Assembly (NCBI GenBank): GCA_036172245.1 | Contig: JAYWIR010000006.1 | Span: forward strand, 4,712,001 to 4,776,000 | Length of the DNA stretch: 64,000 bases | Reading direction: 5' to 3' | DNA from: Raillietiella orientalis | Taxonomy: Eukaryota | Shown here: positions 47,393 through 58,599 of the stretch, in pieces | How the letters are laid out: each line of letters starts with the position of its first letter | How positions within the stretch are numbered: position 1 is the first letter of the stretch | Translations under genes and position numbers: made by a program | Notes under the pieces: generated by a model | What the model was told of the DNA's origin: nothing | What the model saw: only the letters and a program-made list of their open reading frames with translations | Databases searched by the model: none

Positions 47393-47650
47393 GTTTTGTT
47401 TCTCGGAGCCGACGGGGCCGCCACGCTTTCCAGTGACTCGCCCCGTTTTAAGGTGTCTTGCATTCCGTCTTGGTGTCTCCCTCCTGCTTCTGCACTTGCT
47501 TCACCTTCTGCCACCATTTTGCCTTTTGTTTGCACCTCTTCTTTCCTTTCCTCGAGGCCCTTTCTCTCTCTGAGGCCCATTCTCTCGGCTCTTTGCCCTT
47601 TGCTCATCACTCTTTTCCTTGGAACTGGTTCTCGGGGAGCTGCGTTGCCA

Positions 47651-47868
47651 TGGTTTTTCACCTGGGTAAGCCGGGGCTTTTATTGAAATTTTCATAGAAA
47701 AAAATTTCATAACAAAGTCTTGTCATATCCAGTTATTTTTCAGTCAGAACACATCATTCTGACTGTCTTGGGGCACCTGTCCTTACCGACCCGCAGGTCG
47801 ATAAGGTCCTCTCCACTGGCGAAGGGGGCAGGAAAACCAGAAAGAAAAAACCAAAAACAAAAACACCT
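47651..47868 (-). mobile_element. Solo LINE 3'-UTR copy, tandem to the element at 47869-49950
   Basis: Inverted homolog of 49970-50193. Confidence 0.7.
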
Positions 47869-49950
47869 GGGGTTTCCACCTGGGTACGCTGGGGCGTTTA
47901 TTAAAAACTTTCTGTTACGTGGTACAAGGCCCCACTAACGGTTAACACAACACCGGACCTGCAGGGACGTCCTGACGCAGCCCAGCACGACTCTCCTCAG
48001 CAGTGGAAGGGGATGGGAGAAAAACAAAAAGAAAAATAAAACACAAGAAAAAACAAAAAGTTGGAGGGCCGGAAAGGGATCGTAGGCCACAAGGAGGAGG
48101 GCCCATCGTTTGCAGGATGCCCTCGAGGTCCTTTTTTAGTCGGGGAACAATGTTTTATGGGGAGGGGAGGGAAGGGAAGGGATCACGGTACGCCGTGAGG
48201 AGTCCACTGCATCCGGTTTTGGATGCGAACAAGTGCCGAAGGAATTTTTCTTAGCCGGTGCTAACGGGAAGCCTTCTTCACAGAGATGACTGCCCAGTGA
48301 ATGGCATTCCGACTGCTGCGGCCTCTCCTTGACGCGGTCCACTTATCCAGGATCCCGCGTATGCAACAGAGTACTGAGACACACGCGGCGGCTGGCATAG
48401 ACGGCATAGCATCCCGCATCAGGAGGCGTCGAAAAATGTTTCTAGGGTCGCCCACCGGAATGTTTAGGATCGACGAGAGTCGATCCCACATGAGGCGGAG
48501 GGCAACAGACTCGATTATTAAGTGGGGGAAGGTCTCCCTTTCCCCGCACTCTGCACAATTGGCACCCATTCTCCCTAATGTCCAGTGAGACAGACGTGCT
48601 CTGCTTAAAAGTCCCCAATGGAGCACAAGCAGTGACGTCTCCCGCCAATCCAAAGGGAGGGTGACGTTGTCCCGAGACGCCGGGAGTCACTTCACCTCCT
48701 CCGGAGGTATATCGAGCAGCTCGCCCCAGCGCACAATTCCATTCGGCGGGACACTCGGGGTTGTAGCGTCCGCTAGTTCCCGGGACGCCTACGCCTTCAA
48801 CAGTTTTTTCCTGCCTCCGAGGAGGTAGGACACTTCCCACGATGCCTCCCTTTGAATGTCTCTAGCTTTTCTCAGGGAGAGCAGCACGGGGGCAAGGGGG
48901 GGATGAATGACGCCCACAGAAGTTTCCGTGGGTTGGACACGATCTCCCGCAGGGGCTGGCCAGCGTTCCTGCCTCGACGGAGGTAGGAGAATTCCACATC
49001 ACTGGAGCCGTTGATTTTTGCCCGCGCCGAAACGGACTCCTAAAGCCAGGTATTCCAGTTCGTGGGGATGCATGAGATCCACGGGTTATCCCTCACTAGG
49101 GCAACCAAGTCCCGCAGCTGAAACCCACAATGGTTCAGACTACGGTCGTTAGCCACTATGATTGACAGTAGATCCGTAGCAGCCGGTTGCCCTGTAGGCG
49201 AGCAGTTTTGTGGGTACACACCATGGCGCAGTCCAATATTTTGCCACAAGGGCAAGTTTTCTGATTTGGAGCTGACGCTCCATGCGCTCCGACGTCAGGA
49301 GACCAAGTCCACCGTCCCTGCGTGGAGCGCACAAGTCTTTCAGTCGGACACTGAACCTCCGATTGCTCCAAACAGCTTTCCTGATGGGATTTCTTATCCG
49401 TGTCCTGATTTGCGGTGGGGAGGGGTACACAAAAAGTAGGGGGCGAAGGAGGGGGGCCGCAAAAGCGTTCCACACCGCGGCCCGTTCCTGCAACTAAAAC
49501 TTGCCGTCCCGGAACGGGCCGATCGCCAACTCCACCTTTTGGAGGCGGTCGGACCAGGCTTCTGCAGCGCAGAAGTCCCCCAACGGAACGCCAAGGTACT
49601 TGATGTACCCGCCCGTGGGGATCCCCAAGCGGATCCAGTTCGACCGTCCTGCCCGTGACGAGTCCGTAGATATTAAAAAAGACTTCATCCTGTTCATCTC
49701 CAGATCTGTCCCGCGGCTCAGCAGCTCGAAGAAATCCTCGAGCGCCGATGCCAGGATGGACCCGGGGAGCAGGAGCAGAAGGCCGTCGGCGTAGGCCGAC
49801 GCGGCAGGCGTGCTGGCACACGAGCTCGGCAGGGTTGCCAAAGTCTCCCTGTATGCTCTTAGCACCAACTCAAAGTAGATGCTGAAGAGCAGGGGGCTGA
49901 GGTTGCCATGGTGTCGGTGAGAGGAAGGGGAAAATTCTCGCTTGCACTCC
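47869..49950 (-). mobile_element. Best-preserved 5'-truncated L1/Tx1-like LINE (RT core, thumb, C-terminal zinc finger, 3' UTR)
   Basis: LSPLLFSIYFELVL; AYADGLL; NRMKS; IKYLGVPL; LCAPRRDGGLGLL; LHWGLL...CAECGERETFPHL; several stops and frameshifts. Confidence 0.88.
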
Positions 49951-49969
49951 TCCACTCCATAAAACTTTG

Positions 49970-50193
49970 TCCCCCGGAGTTTTTGCTTTTTTTTTTTTTT
50001 TTTCGTTTTCCCGTCCCTTTCGCCCGTGGAGAGTACCACACCGGCCAGTGGGTCGGTCAGGACAAGTGAAAAAACACTGCCAGAACCATGTGTTCTGGAA
50101 GAAGCAATTACCAAAAGACAATTTACATTTTAATATAACAAATTATGGAGATTTAAAAAAATAAAAGCCCCGGCTTATCCGGGTGAAAAACCC
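49970..50193 (+). mobile_element. Solo LINE 3'-UTR copy
   Basis: T-tract, CCAGAAC/GTTCTGG hairpin, AATAAAAGCCCCGGCTTATCCGGGTGAAAAACCC. Confidence 0.7.
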
Positions 50194-50409
50194 AGCGAGG
50201 AAGGAAAGCCGTCCGCGAGGCAAACGGCAGCTACTCGAAACTCTTGAAAATACTTGAAGAGGGACACTCGAAGGTCATCCGGAGATGTCATGCCGCCTGC
50301 ATGACATCAGCACGATTCCTGCATGATTCTGTTGCGTGCTCCCGTTTTGCAGGAAGGCCTTCGAGGAAGCTACGCGAGCAAGCTGCTTTGCTGACAGCTG
50401 CTTTCGTAA

Positions 50410-50600
50410 ATAGTGTTTTCTTTTTTTTGTGTGTGTTTTTATTTGTCCCTTCCCCCTCCGCTACCGAGTCGAACTCGTCGGCCTGCGCGCTGCCTACTCG
50501 GCAAGTTTAGAGTTTATGTCGGACGCTGTAGGGGCAATGGCCCTACACATGTTTGTTTGTTTTTTTAAGAAAGTAAACGCCCCGGTGCACCCGGGTGTAA
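50410..50600 (+). mobile_element. Solo LINE 3'-UTR copy
   Basis: Homologous to 55955-56186 (-); TGTAGGG/CCCTACA hairpin; AGTAAACGCCCCGGTGCACCCGGGTG. Confidence 0.7.
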
Positions 50601-50949
50601 TGGCAGCTGCTTTCCAGTCATCCAGGGGGCACGGAAGGGAGGAAAAATATTCGGGAAAGGTGGGGCAAGGAGGGAGGAAGATTTTTCCAACGCAAGGAAA
50701 CAGTCGCTCGCTGGTTCGCAGGTGGTCTGTCGGCTTGCGCGAGATGCCGCTCTCGCCAACGAGATATCCCAGTCCCAGGCACTCTTTGTGGCGCTGTGAA
50801 GTGGAATGGGTTCGCCTCCACGGGAACGAACCCTGCTCGGAGAGACAGGGAATGGTCCAAATGCTCGCGGAGGAGAAGAGGGAGGGAGAGTGGTCTAAGG
50901 GGACGAGGTCTGCTACCTGCTGCAGCTTCCGCGAGTTTCCAGGGACCAC

Positions 50950-51400
50950 GTGAAATCTCGTCCGACCCCGGGGCTGTCCAGACGCTTCGCTTGCCTCTGC
51001 GCCTGCAAGCTCAGAGTCACGAGTGCAGTCCCCGGGGAATCCTCTACTTCTTCGTGACCTTCAGCATGTAGCCCCTGTTACCGTATCCGAATTCCTGCAA
51101 ATTCCGAGGCGTTGCACGTCCATTCCTCACTTCCTGCTCGCCTCCGGGAAATTCACCAGCTAGGTGGCACAGCGGCGCGCACGTTCCTCGTAGGCAAAGC
51201 CTGCCAGCAGCTCCCGGGCGTTTCACGGAGGGACGGTGATGTTCGCCACGGTGATGACCACTGCAGCGGCTGCGGGTAGTGAGAGTTTCCGCCCCCTTTT
51301 CCCACAACTCCCACCTCGCCTGCCGGCCTCCCGAAAGCCCCACCTTCCTCTCAGCGAGGGAGGGCGTGGGAGGCGATTTCGCGGGACTGAGAAGGCGGGG
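50950..51400 (-). mobile_element. Possible LINE ORF1 fragment
   Basis: VITVANI...GNRGYMLKVTKK.RIP pattern resembling Tx1-type ORF1; disrupted. Confidence 0.3.
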
Positions 51401-52899
51401 AGAGCTGCCACAGTGCGGTTTGCCGGGCATGGAGAAGAAAGGACCGAGGGAGCAGGAACCTGACTTTTCGGCAGCTAGGGATGCCTGGAAAATCAGGTTC
51501 ATCCGCGGCCTCGACGGTGCGCGCGTGCTGCGTTCCCGCCTCCAGAACCGGGGACCCACGAAGCCCCATCTGAGCGGAAGAAGGCTGCCTCAAATGGCAC
51601 AAGGCGACTCTGCGCCCGTTTGTCCACCACCCTTCCTGAAGACCATGGGATGTGGTCGTTTAATTTTCATTTTTTATGCTCCCTCTTTCCCCCCTTCCCC
51701 GCAGCTTCCTTCGAGAAATTCCGGCTGAACCTCAGGATGCCGGAAGACCGAGGAAGAAGGAAAGGAAGAGGAAGAAGAAGGAAAAGTCCTTTCTTGCTGC
51801 TAATCCTCCATGGATCGGAGAGGACGAAATAAAAACGAAACAGGGACGTTCGGGTAATGCACTTTTTAATATCCATCCAGGGGGAGCGACGATCAGATAT
51901 CAACGGCGATGTGCACCTTAAGGGGACTGGCTGGTGTGACATTAGACGTCGATTCTCATAAAGGAATCCTTGGGAGCTACGTGAGGGAACGGGGGGAAGG
52001 GACATAGGCGCGAAGAGTTGCCGCAAGGTGCCCCATGGGATGTGCGGAAAATCTTCCCCTTTTGAAATTCATCTTCGGCCGTCACTCCATTGAACAAAGT
52101 TGAAAATAGGCGAGTCGAATTCTGAGAAAATGCGAGGTTCCCGGAGGAGAGTCTGCGGACGTGGGAGGAGGAGGAGAGAAGACGCGGGAAAGGAGAGCCC
52201 CTGCTGAAGATTTCTTTTTTGTTTGTTCCTGGCAAGAGGAATAAATTTCCGAGCGCTTACAGGGTTTCCGGGTTCCCTAACGCGGTCGGGTGGGGATAGG
52301 GACGCGTCGCTTCCTCCCGCTTCCCTTGCTCCCGAAAACCTGCGAGGAACACCCAGAGGGAAATTAGAAGACTGTTTTTTTCCTCTTCCTCGACGCTGGA
52401 TCCGACAGGGCGCGATTCTCAGGTGTTGCGTGGTCCAGCTCCAGTCTCCTGGAATCCTCGCAAACATCGAGGGAAGAAATTTTCCTCCATCCCTTCCAGT
52501 CTCTTTCTCTTTCTCCTTTTTCTTTTCTGTTGGTGTCTCTCGCGCAACCACCTGCCAAGGATGGCCAGCCAAAGGGAGTCCTCGAATGCGCGGCGGCGCC
52601 CTCGCACGCGGTTCCGCGAAGTTTGGCTCCGGCGATCGCCTGGAAACGGTGACAGGCGGAAACCGAGGTCTCCTGTCGGCTTCCACGGGGAGTTTCCCCC
52701 TCCTCGGAACGTTCCACAGGGACGCGCACGTGGCGTGGCCTCCAGTGGACGCCGAGGCCACGTCGTCGTCCGTGAGGACGCCTGCTGCGGGGGTGGCAAA
52801 GCGCGCAGCTTCCGGAAGCGGGTCGGACGAGCGAAGGAGTCCCGTCCTCCAATCACTGCAGCCCACCCATAGATTTCCTGTCTCCCATAAAAATCGGAA

Positions 52900-53520
52900 C
52901 GCTTGGAGCCCTGGGTTACTACTCTGGAAGTACGCCTAGAGAAACTGACACCGCTGCAAAATCTGCGCAGGCCGCTGGGAGATCTCCTGCAGGATTGGAT
53001 GCAGTGGTCCCGGATAGCCGTCACAGCCCTTGCTGCAGCGCTGTCTTCCCTCAGGGAGAGTGACGACAGCTACCGACCTCCGGGGGAGGGAGTTCTCCTA
53101 CGAGATGACAGGAGTCGGGAAACTCCTGGAAGGCTGCAAGACAAGGGTTGGTTGGTGGACGCCGCCACTCTTCGTCTCTGGACTGAGGGGTCTTGAAAGA
53201 ACTTGTGGTCCCTTCGCCGTGTGTAAACACCTCTGTGTTCCCACTCCGGTGTAAACGGGATGTCCTCGTGTTTCTGCACCGGGGATTTCGGTTTAATCAG
53301 CGTGGACGCCTGGTTTTCAGGGGAACCGCCTCCCAGAACTGTTTGAGGTGCTGGGCGATGGAACCGCTCCCGCACCTCCTGTTGGACTTCAGTGTCCCGG
53401 AGGGCATGTGGCGAAGATTCCCTTCGGAGCTCTACCGACCGCAGGATCTCCCGCTTTGGACTCGTTGAGGAGCTTCTTCACCGAAGGCGGACTGAAGATG
53501 GGCGCTGCGATTTCACACTC
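52900..53520 (+). mobile_element. LINE ORF2 C-terminal fragment
   Basis: FLHRGF...CLRCWAMEPLPHLLLD zinc-finger remnant. Confidence 0.6.
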
Positions 53521-53599
53521 GGGTGCTTCGGGGTGTTTATTTCTCTTATAGTTATCAAGGAAGCCAAACGGCTCACCGATCCCGATTATTACACTAAAA

Positions 53600-54400
53600 C
53601 TAAGGGGAGGCCAGCAAGGTCCATCACGTCCACGAAGGGGAAGAGGGATAAAACAGTCCCGGAGGGCGACGCACTACACTTTGTGGTGGGGGAATGTTTC
53701 CTTCTCTCCACTCCTGGCACAGTGCAGGCGATGCTCTTCCCCTCGTCCAATGGTGCCGGCGAGCATTGCACGGAAGACCCCAGTGCAGTATCAGCAGCGC
53801 CGATTGCTGACACTTGAGGGGAAGCAGCTTCCTGTCTATAAACACGGGGGGCACTTCTAACTCTTCGGGCTGAATGGAGAAGAGTTCGCTCCAACGTTCC
53901 AGTCCTTTCGAGACGGTTCTTGCGGTTGCCGCGTTCGGCCAGCTCACGCGGTGTCCAACCACTAATAGGCTTCCTGCGGGTCGAGATCTTACAGGAAACC
54001 TCCCATTTAGCCGGTAGGCGGGTAGCATCTACCCCGACAGCGGAGTACAGCGCTGCGGCGAAGGGGATGGCTTATGGGTAAGCCAGCACACTACCCACCG
54101 TCTCCATTGTTCTTCCGCTGTTTTTCTGAAACTCTCGGCAGCGGGTAACTAACGACGGGGTCCGGATGAGCTGGGCCCTCGTCCTCATTTTCTCCTGCCT
54201 ACAGGCCGGAGTGTTCGCAGGACGGCAGCAAACCCACGTGTTCGCTCTCACCAGAGCAGCGATACACCTGAGAGGGAAGCCACAAAATGGGAGCCGGCGG
54301 TGCTGACACACAAACAGGGTTGCGAGTCCTTAGCCACCGACCGCCAGCCGGGAGAGCAAACGTGCAGGCTGAAGAAGGGCGCTGCGATCGCAACGACATC
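53600..54400 (-). mobile_element. LINE ORF2 C-terminal fragment
   Basis: LLPLKCQQSALLILHWGLPCNARRHHWTRG. Confidence 0.68.
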
Positions 54401-54594
54401 TTGCATCCGCGCCATGGTGACGGCCTGCCATGCGTTGTGGTCACGGGTCGCGGTGGAAGGAGAGCCACCAGCATGGCAGCAGGAGCCCTCATGAGGACAG
54501 CAGCAAGTTGGTCTCATCTTCCACAGTAGTCGTCAGAGAGTTCGCCATCGTCCAGCGCCTCTTCCAGAAAGGATGGAACGTCTTTAACAAAAGA

Positions 54595-54803
54595 CCCCTG
54601 TCCCACCTTCCCGTCTTTTTTTATTTATTTATTGTCCCCTTCCCCTCCGTCCTCATTTTTTTAGAAGCCGGTCCGCGTGTCGGTGGTCATCCTGGATGAA
54701 CTTTTTTTTCTTTGGTATTTCCTGGTTTTTAGGAGGACTCTTCTTACCTTCTCACCTGCAGCTTGCTTTAAATAAACGTCCCGGAGCAACCGGACGAGAA
54801 CCG
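54595..54803 (+). mobile_element. Divergent solo LINE 3'-UTR copy
   Basis: T-rich tract, AATAAA (54771-54776), CGTCCCGG-AGCAA-CCGGACG hairpin. Confidence 0.55.
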
Positions 54804-54899
54804 CTCTCCACTCCTGGAACTCCGGGAGGTCGCTGCCGAATTCCCCGCACCCCGTGGCAATGGCCACGTGCTGAAGGAGGCAGGGGAAAGTTGGGCTGG

Positions 54900-55745
54900 A
54901 GTTGCCAGGAGACGTCCGGGTTGCAGTCAGCTGCCTTCCGAGGGCAAGCGACCTGCTAGCTCCTGCAAGGGGTGAATCGGCTTGTGGCTGGAATTGAAAT
55001 CCTGGGAAGATCGGAGAGCTTCTTGCGGAGGTCACCACCCTGCGCCCTCGGATGATAAGACCGGAGACGATGGTGGCCAATGGTGGACGGTGAGGATGAC
55101 GCAGCTGTCAGGTGCGTACCGAGGTGCTGCGCTCGTCGTGCAGGCTGGGAAGGCATCTCCGAGATCTGGGGCTCGCAACCCGCTATGGAAATTCCTTCCC
55201 GAGCTCGAGGCCGACGTCCTGAGGGAAGGGTCAAGCGACGCTCGCTCACCCATCTTTCGAGAGACGGGGATCCCTGCCCGCCAAGGAGCTGCTCGTCCTC
55301 TCGTCATTAGCTGCCCTCGGATGACCGGCTGATCGCCTGGGGCCGTCGATGACAAAACCAGGGAAGAGAGGGGGTTGACCGAGCTGTCTCGGTTCGGGGA
55401 AGATCTGGTCTGCCTGGAGAAAGAACTCCTCACCCTCCTCCTCTGCAGCAGATCCGAGAGCGAAGGTGGACAGCTCTGAATCTCTGTAGCGCCGTCCGAC
55501 CCAGCGCTCCAGGTCGGAGTTTTTCCCGGGGATGGATCGAAGGGGGTGCCATCCACGGCAGTCCCTTACGGAAGGTGATATGCGGAGGTCAGGTGCCTCG
55601 GTGGATAGGCGGAATGAGGAGGTGAGGAAGGCAAGGAGAAGCCGAAGGGTGTGGAGACTAACCGTGGAAGCAGAGGAGAGTTCCTTCCTGGGATTCGAGG
55701 AGGAAGAGATGACTTCCGTTCCGGAAGGCAGCAGCAACTTTTGGT
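54900..55745 (+). mobile_element. Probable LINE ORF1 remnant
   Basis: 55570-55740 is an inverted homolog of 59560-59735 (EAEESSFLGFEEEEMTSVPEG vs EAEESTFLEFGEEEVASVPEG). Confidence 0.5.
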
Positions 55746-55751
55746 CTGGGA

Positions 55752-57480
55752 TAATCATCACCCGGTTATGCCGGGAAATTTATTACATAGAGCACTCAAA
55801 ATACATTGGTGTGGTAGAATCTTTGACTCTACCACGTGCTTGGAACTTGCCCAAGAGCGGTGCGCAGACCAACGAGGTCCGCTTCGGCAGCCAGGGGGAA
55901 GGGGGAACAAAAACAAATACATAAAAACAAGGAAGAGGAAATTGTACACGGGAAGGGTTGATCACCCGGTCACTCCAGGACGTTTATTATAAAAATAATA
56001 AACATAGAGGTGTAGGGCCATCGGCCCTACATTGTCCGAAAATGTTCGGAACCTGTCGAGTGACCGGCACGCAGGCCGGCGAGGTCCGCCTCGGCAGCGA
56101 AGGAAGGGGGCGGGGGCAAACAGGAATTAAAATAAAACAAAGTAATATAAACAGAAAAAAAATTGGAAGCGTTAGGGAAGAGATCACTGGGAGCTGGAGG
56201 GCGTCCTCTGCATCCTTTCCAGGATGCCAGAAAGTTCCATCCGGGTATGCCCCAACTGGGCCATCTTGCTGCCGTCCACAGAAAGCGCAGGGAGAAGCAG
56301 ATGGCGTCCCTAACGCGCCATCCTTCCCTCGCCTAGCTCCAGGCTGCTCCAATCCCGCGTAGGCAGCAAAGAGCTGCTGGGAATGTGCCAGGGCGGAAGG
56401 GCCACGTCCCTGGGATCGTCCGTCGGTGCACCAAGGGCCGTTGAGTAACGCAGCAACAGGGCCCGGAGGGCAACGAAGTCTACGAGCAGGTGTGTGAGCT
56501 ATCTGTAACTATCCCAGCACCTGACACAGTTCGGATCCACAGCCCCCCGGGTACAGCGAGACCGGCGGGCGTTTTACGGGATACTCCATTACAACAACAA
56601 GAGTGCCAACTCCTGCCACTTCAGGGGGAGGGCCCGGTTGTTCTTTAGCCCTGAGGGCCACTCAAGGTCTTCCTGTAGGATTCCCAGCAGCTCACCCCAG
56701 TGCAATAGCCCCTTCGGTGGAGCACTTGGAGTCTCAGCGTCCCTGAGCTGGCCCTTGGTCCAGGCACCTAGTTCCTTCCCTCGGTCCGAGATTTCACAAC
56801 AGACTTCCTATTTGGCCGGCTGGCTGCTGCCCAAATGCTCCCTGAGGGAGGAAAGTGTCCCGGCTAGGGAGGTTCTTTGAGCCCACGCACACGTGGTGGA
56901 CTGCACGATGACATCCTGCAGCGAGCGGCTGTTGTAGAAGGAGTGTAGCAGTCGTTGCCATATCTGCGGGTTTGTTTCGTCATTCTTGGCCCGTACACGG
57001 GAAGGTGGAGACCGAGGAAAGGATCACGGTACACTGTCCGGCGTCCTCTGCATCCTGTTCAGGATGTCTGCGAGTTCCGTCCGTATAGCGACCAAGTGGG
57101 GCCATCTCTAGGTGGTCCTTAGAAAGATCTCTCTTAGTGGCCCTTCATCCTTGAGATTTCGGCCTCTTCTTCTGGCGTTCGAGGCCTCTACGATCACGCG
57201 GAGACAGCAGAGAACTGCGAGGAGTGCGGCCGGCGGCAGTGCGGCATCACGCACGAAGAGGTGTCTGAAAATGCCCCTGGGGCCTCCCGCTGGGATTCCT
57301 AGAGTCGTTGCGAGGCTATCCCAAAGGGGTCAGAGAGCAGCGCAGTTCAGCAGCAGGTGCGAGAGGGTCGCCTTCTTCCCGCACCTGTCCCACTCTGAGC
57401 GTCCACGCTCCTCCTCCCGTGTCCAGTGGTGAAGGCGCGCTTTGCACAGGATTCCCCCGCGCATCACCAGCAACGCCAGT
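55752..57480 (-). mobile_element. Stacked LINE 3' ends: two ORF2 C-termini and two tandem 3' UTRs
   Basis: RCGKKATLSHLLLNC near 57340-57390; ORF2 ends (IL.RMQRT...TGA) near 57020 and 56184; UTRs at 55955-56186 and 55752-55955. Confidence 0.75.
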
Positions 57481-58145
57481 TCCTGTCACTTGAGTGGGAA
57501 GGCGACACTGTTGCAACACTCTGGGGGGAGCTGAAATGATGGAAATTCTTTTGGGTTAGGGGGCGACCCCATGAATTCGGAAAGGTTCCTGAGGAAGCAG
57601 TCCGTTCCTCTTATGCTTGGGAAGGAAACTTCAAAGGAAACTCCCTCCCTGGTTGTCCCTAAAGGGAACTCAGAAGGGAATCCCTTCCTTATCGTCTCCA
57701 AAGAGACCCCCAGGGTGGGGTCTTCTCATTTTTTCTTCGAAGGGACACCAGAAAAGATGCGCTCTTGGTTTCCTTCTCTAAAGAGAACCTGGAAAGGAGC
57801 AGGGCGTTTCTGACACTCTAGGGACGCGGCTCCCGAGGGAGGGCATTAACCAGCGCCAAGGAGTAGCTCCATTTACACAGCCGGAAGGAGAACCCTGAAG
57901 GGACCCGGCTTCCTTTTTCCTGTAGGGACCCAGGAGGTCGACTTCCAATTCCGGACAGTCCAGCGGAGATCCACTTTCCAGAGGCTTCTACCCGTGACCT
58001 CAATCGAAGCCAACCGAGGGACCAACCAACATCATCCTGCGGGGATCTCCCCCCTTCCTCCTCTCCCCCCCATTTCTGGGCATCGACCCTTTTCTCCAGG
58101 GCAGGATTCGAACCCGCAACGCCGGGTACCTCCGCCAACGCTGGT
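57480..58145 (-). mobile_element. tRNA-headed SINE-like repeat
   Basis: Minus strand GTACCCGGCGTTGCGGGTTCGAATCCTGCC (canonical B box), body colinear with 7850-8400. Confidence 0.62.
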
Positions 58146-58599
58146 CGAAGGTGGTGGTTTCGGTTCGGAAGCTGCCCGGAGTGATGCCAGTGGTAGTGTC
58201 AGGTATGCTCACGATGCCGAGAGTGAGAGTGTGAGTCGAGATGCTTCGCTGCACCGAGTCCGGCATGCACCGGCTGCACCTTCGCAGCTCCTGCGTGCTG
58301 GCCCTTGCGGGGTCAGGTGGGGGAACCGTGCTCCGGTCGCACCTTTACCGGCTCCTTCCTGCCCGCCGGTAAAGGTGCGACCTGCTGGACTCCTGGCGCT
58401 CCTCTCACCGCGCGCGCCGCCACCTTCCAGCACAAGGAGCCCTCGTCTGCGCTCTTTTCCGTAACATTGCCGCCGCCAACCAGGTCGTGGTCACCGGACT
58501 CCGGCGTACAAGAGGTCGTGTTTTGACAGACACGCCCTTGCTCTCTCTCCCCGTCACCTTCCTCCGTTCTTTACGGTCCTTCTCTCGTTCTCTTCATCT

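Noticed and set aside
46800..48560. Family-specific loss of the last Cys of the LINE CCHC finger (HLLVDS, HLIIES)
   Set aside because: Other copies (about 35350, 53670, 57340) retain the Cys, so the family consensus is normal.
55955..56110. HDV-like or hammerhead ribozyme in the LINE 3' UTR (a stem followed by CGAA on the antisense strand)
   Set aside because: I could not build the P1/P2/P3 double pseudoknot, and there is no CUGANGA/GAAA core; only nested hairpins are supported.
58095..58170. Functional tRNA gene
   Set aside because: T-arm only; no convincing D-arm, anticodon arm or acceptor stem; the body continues as a dispersed repeat.
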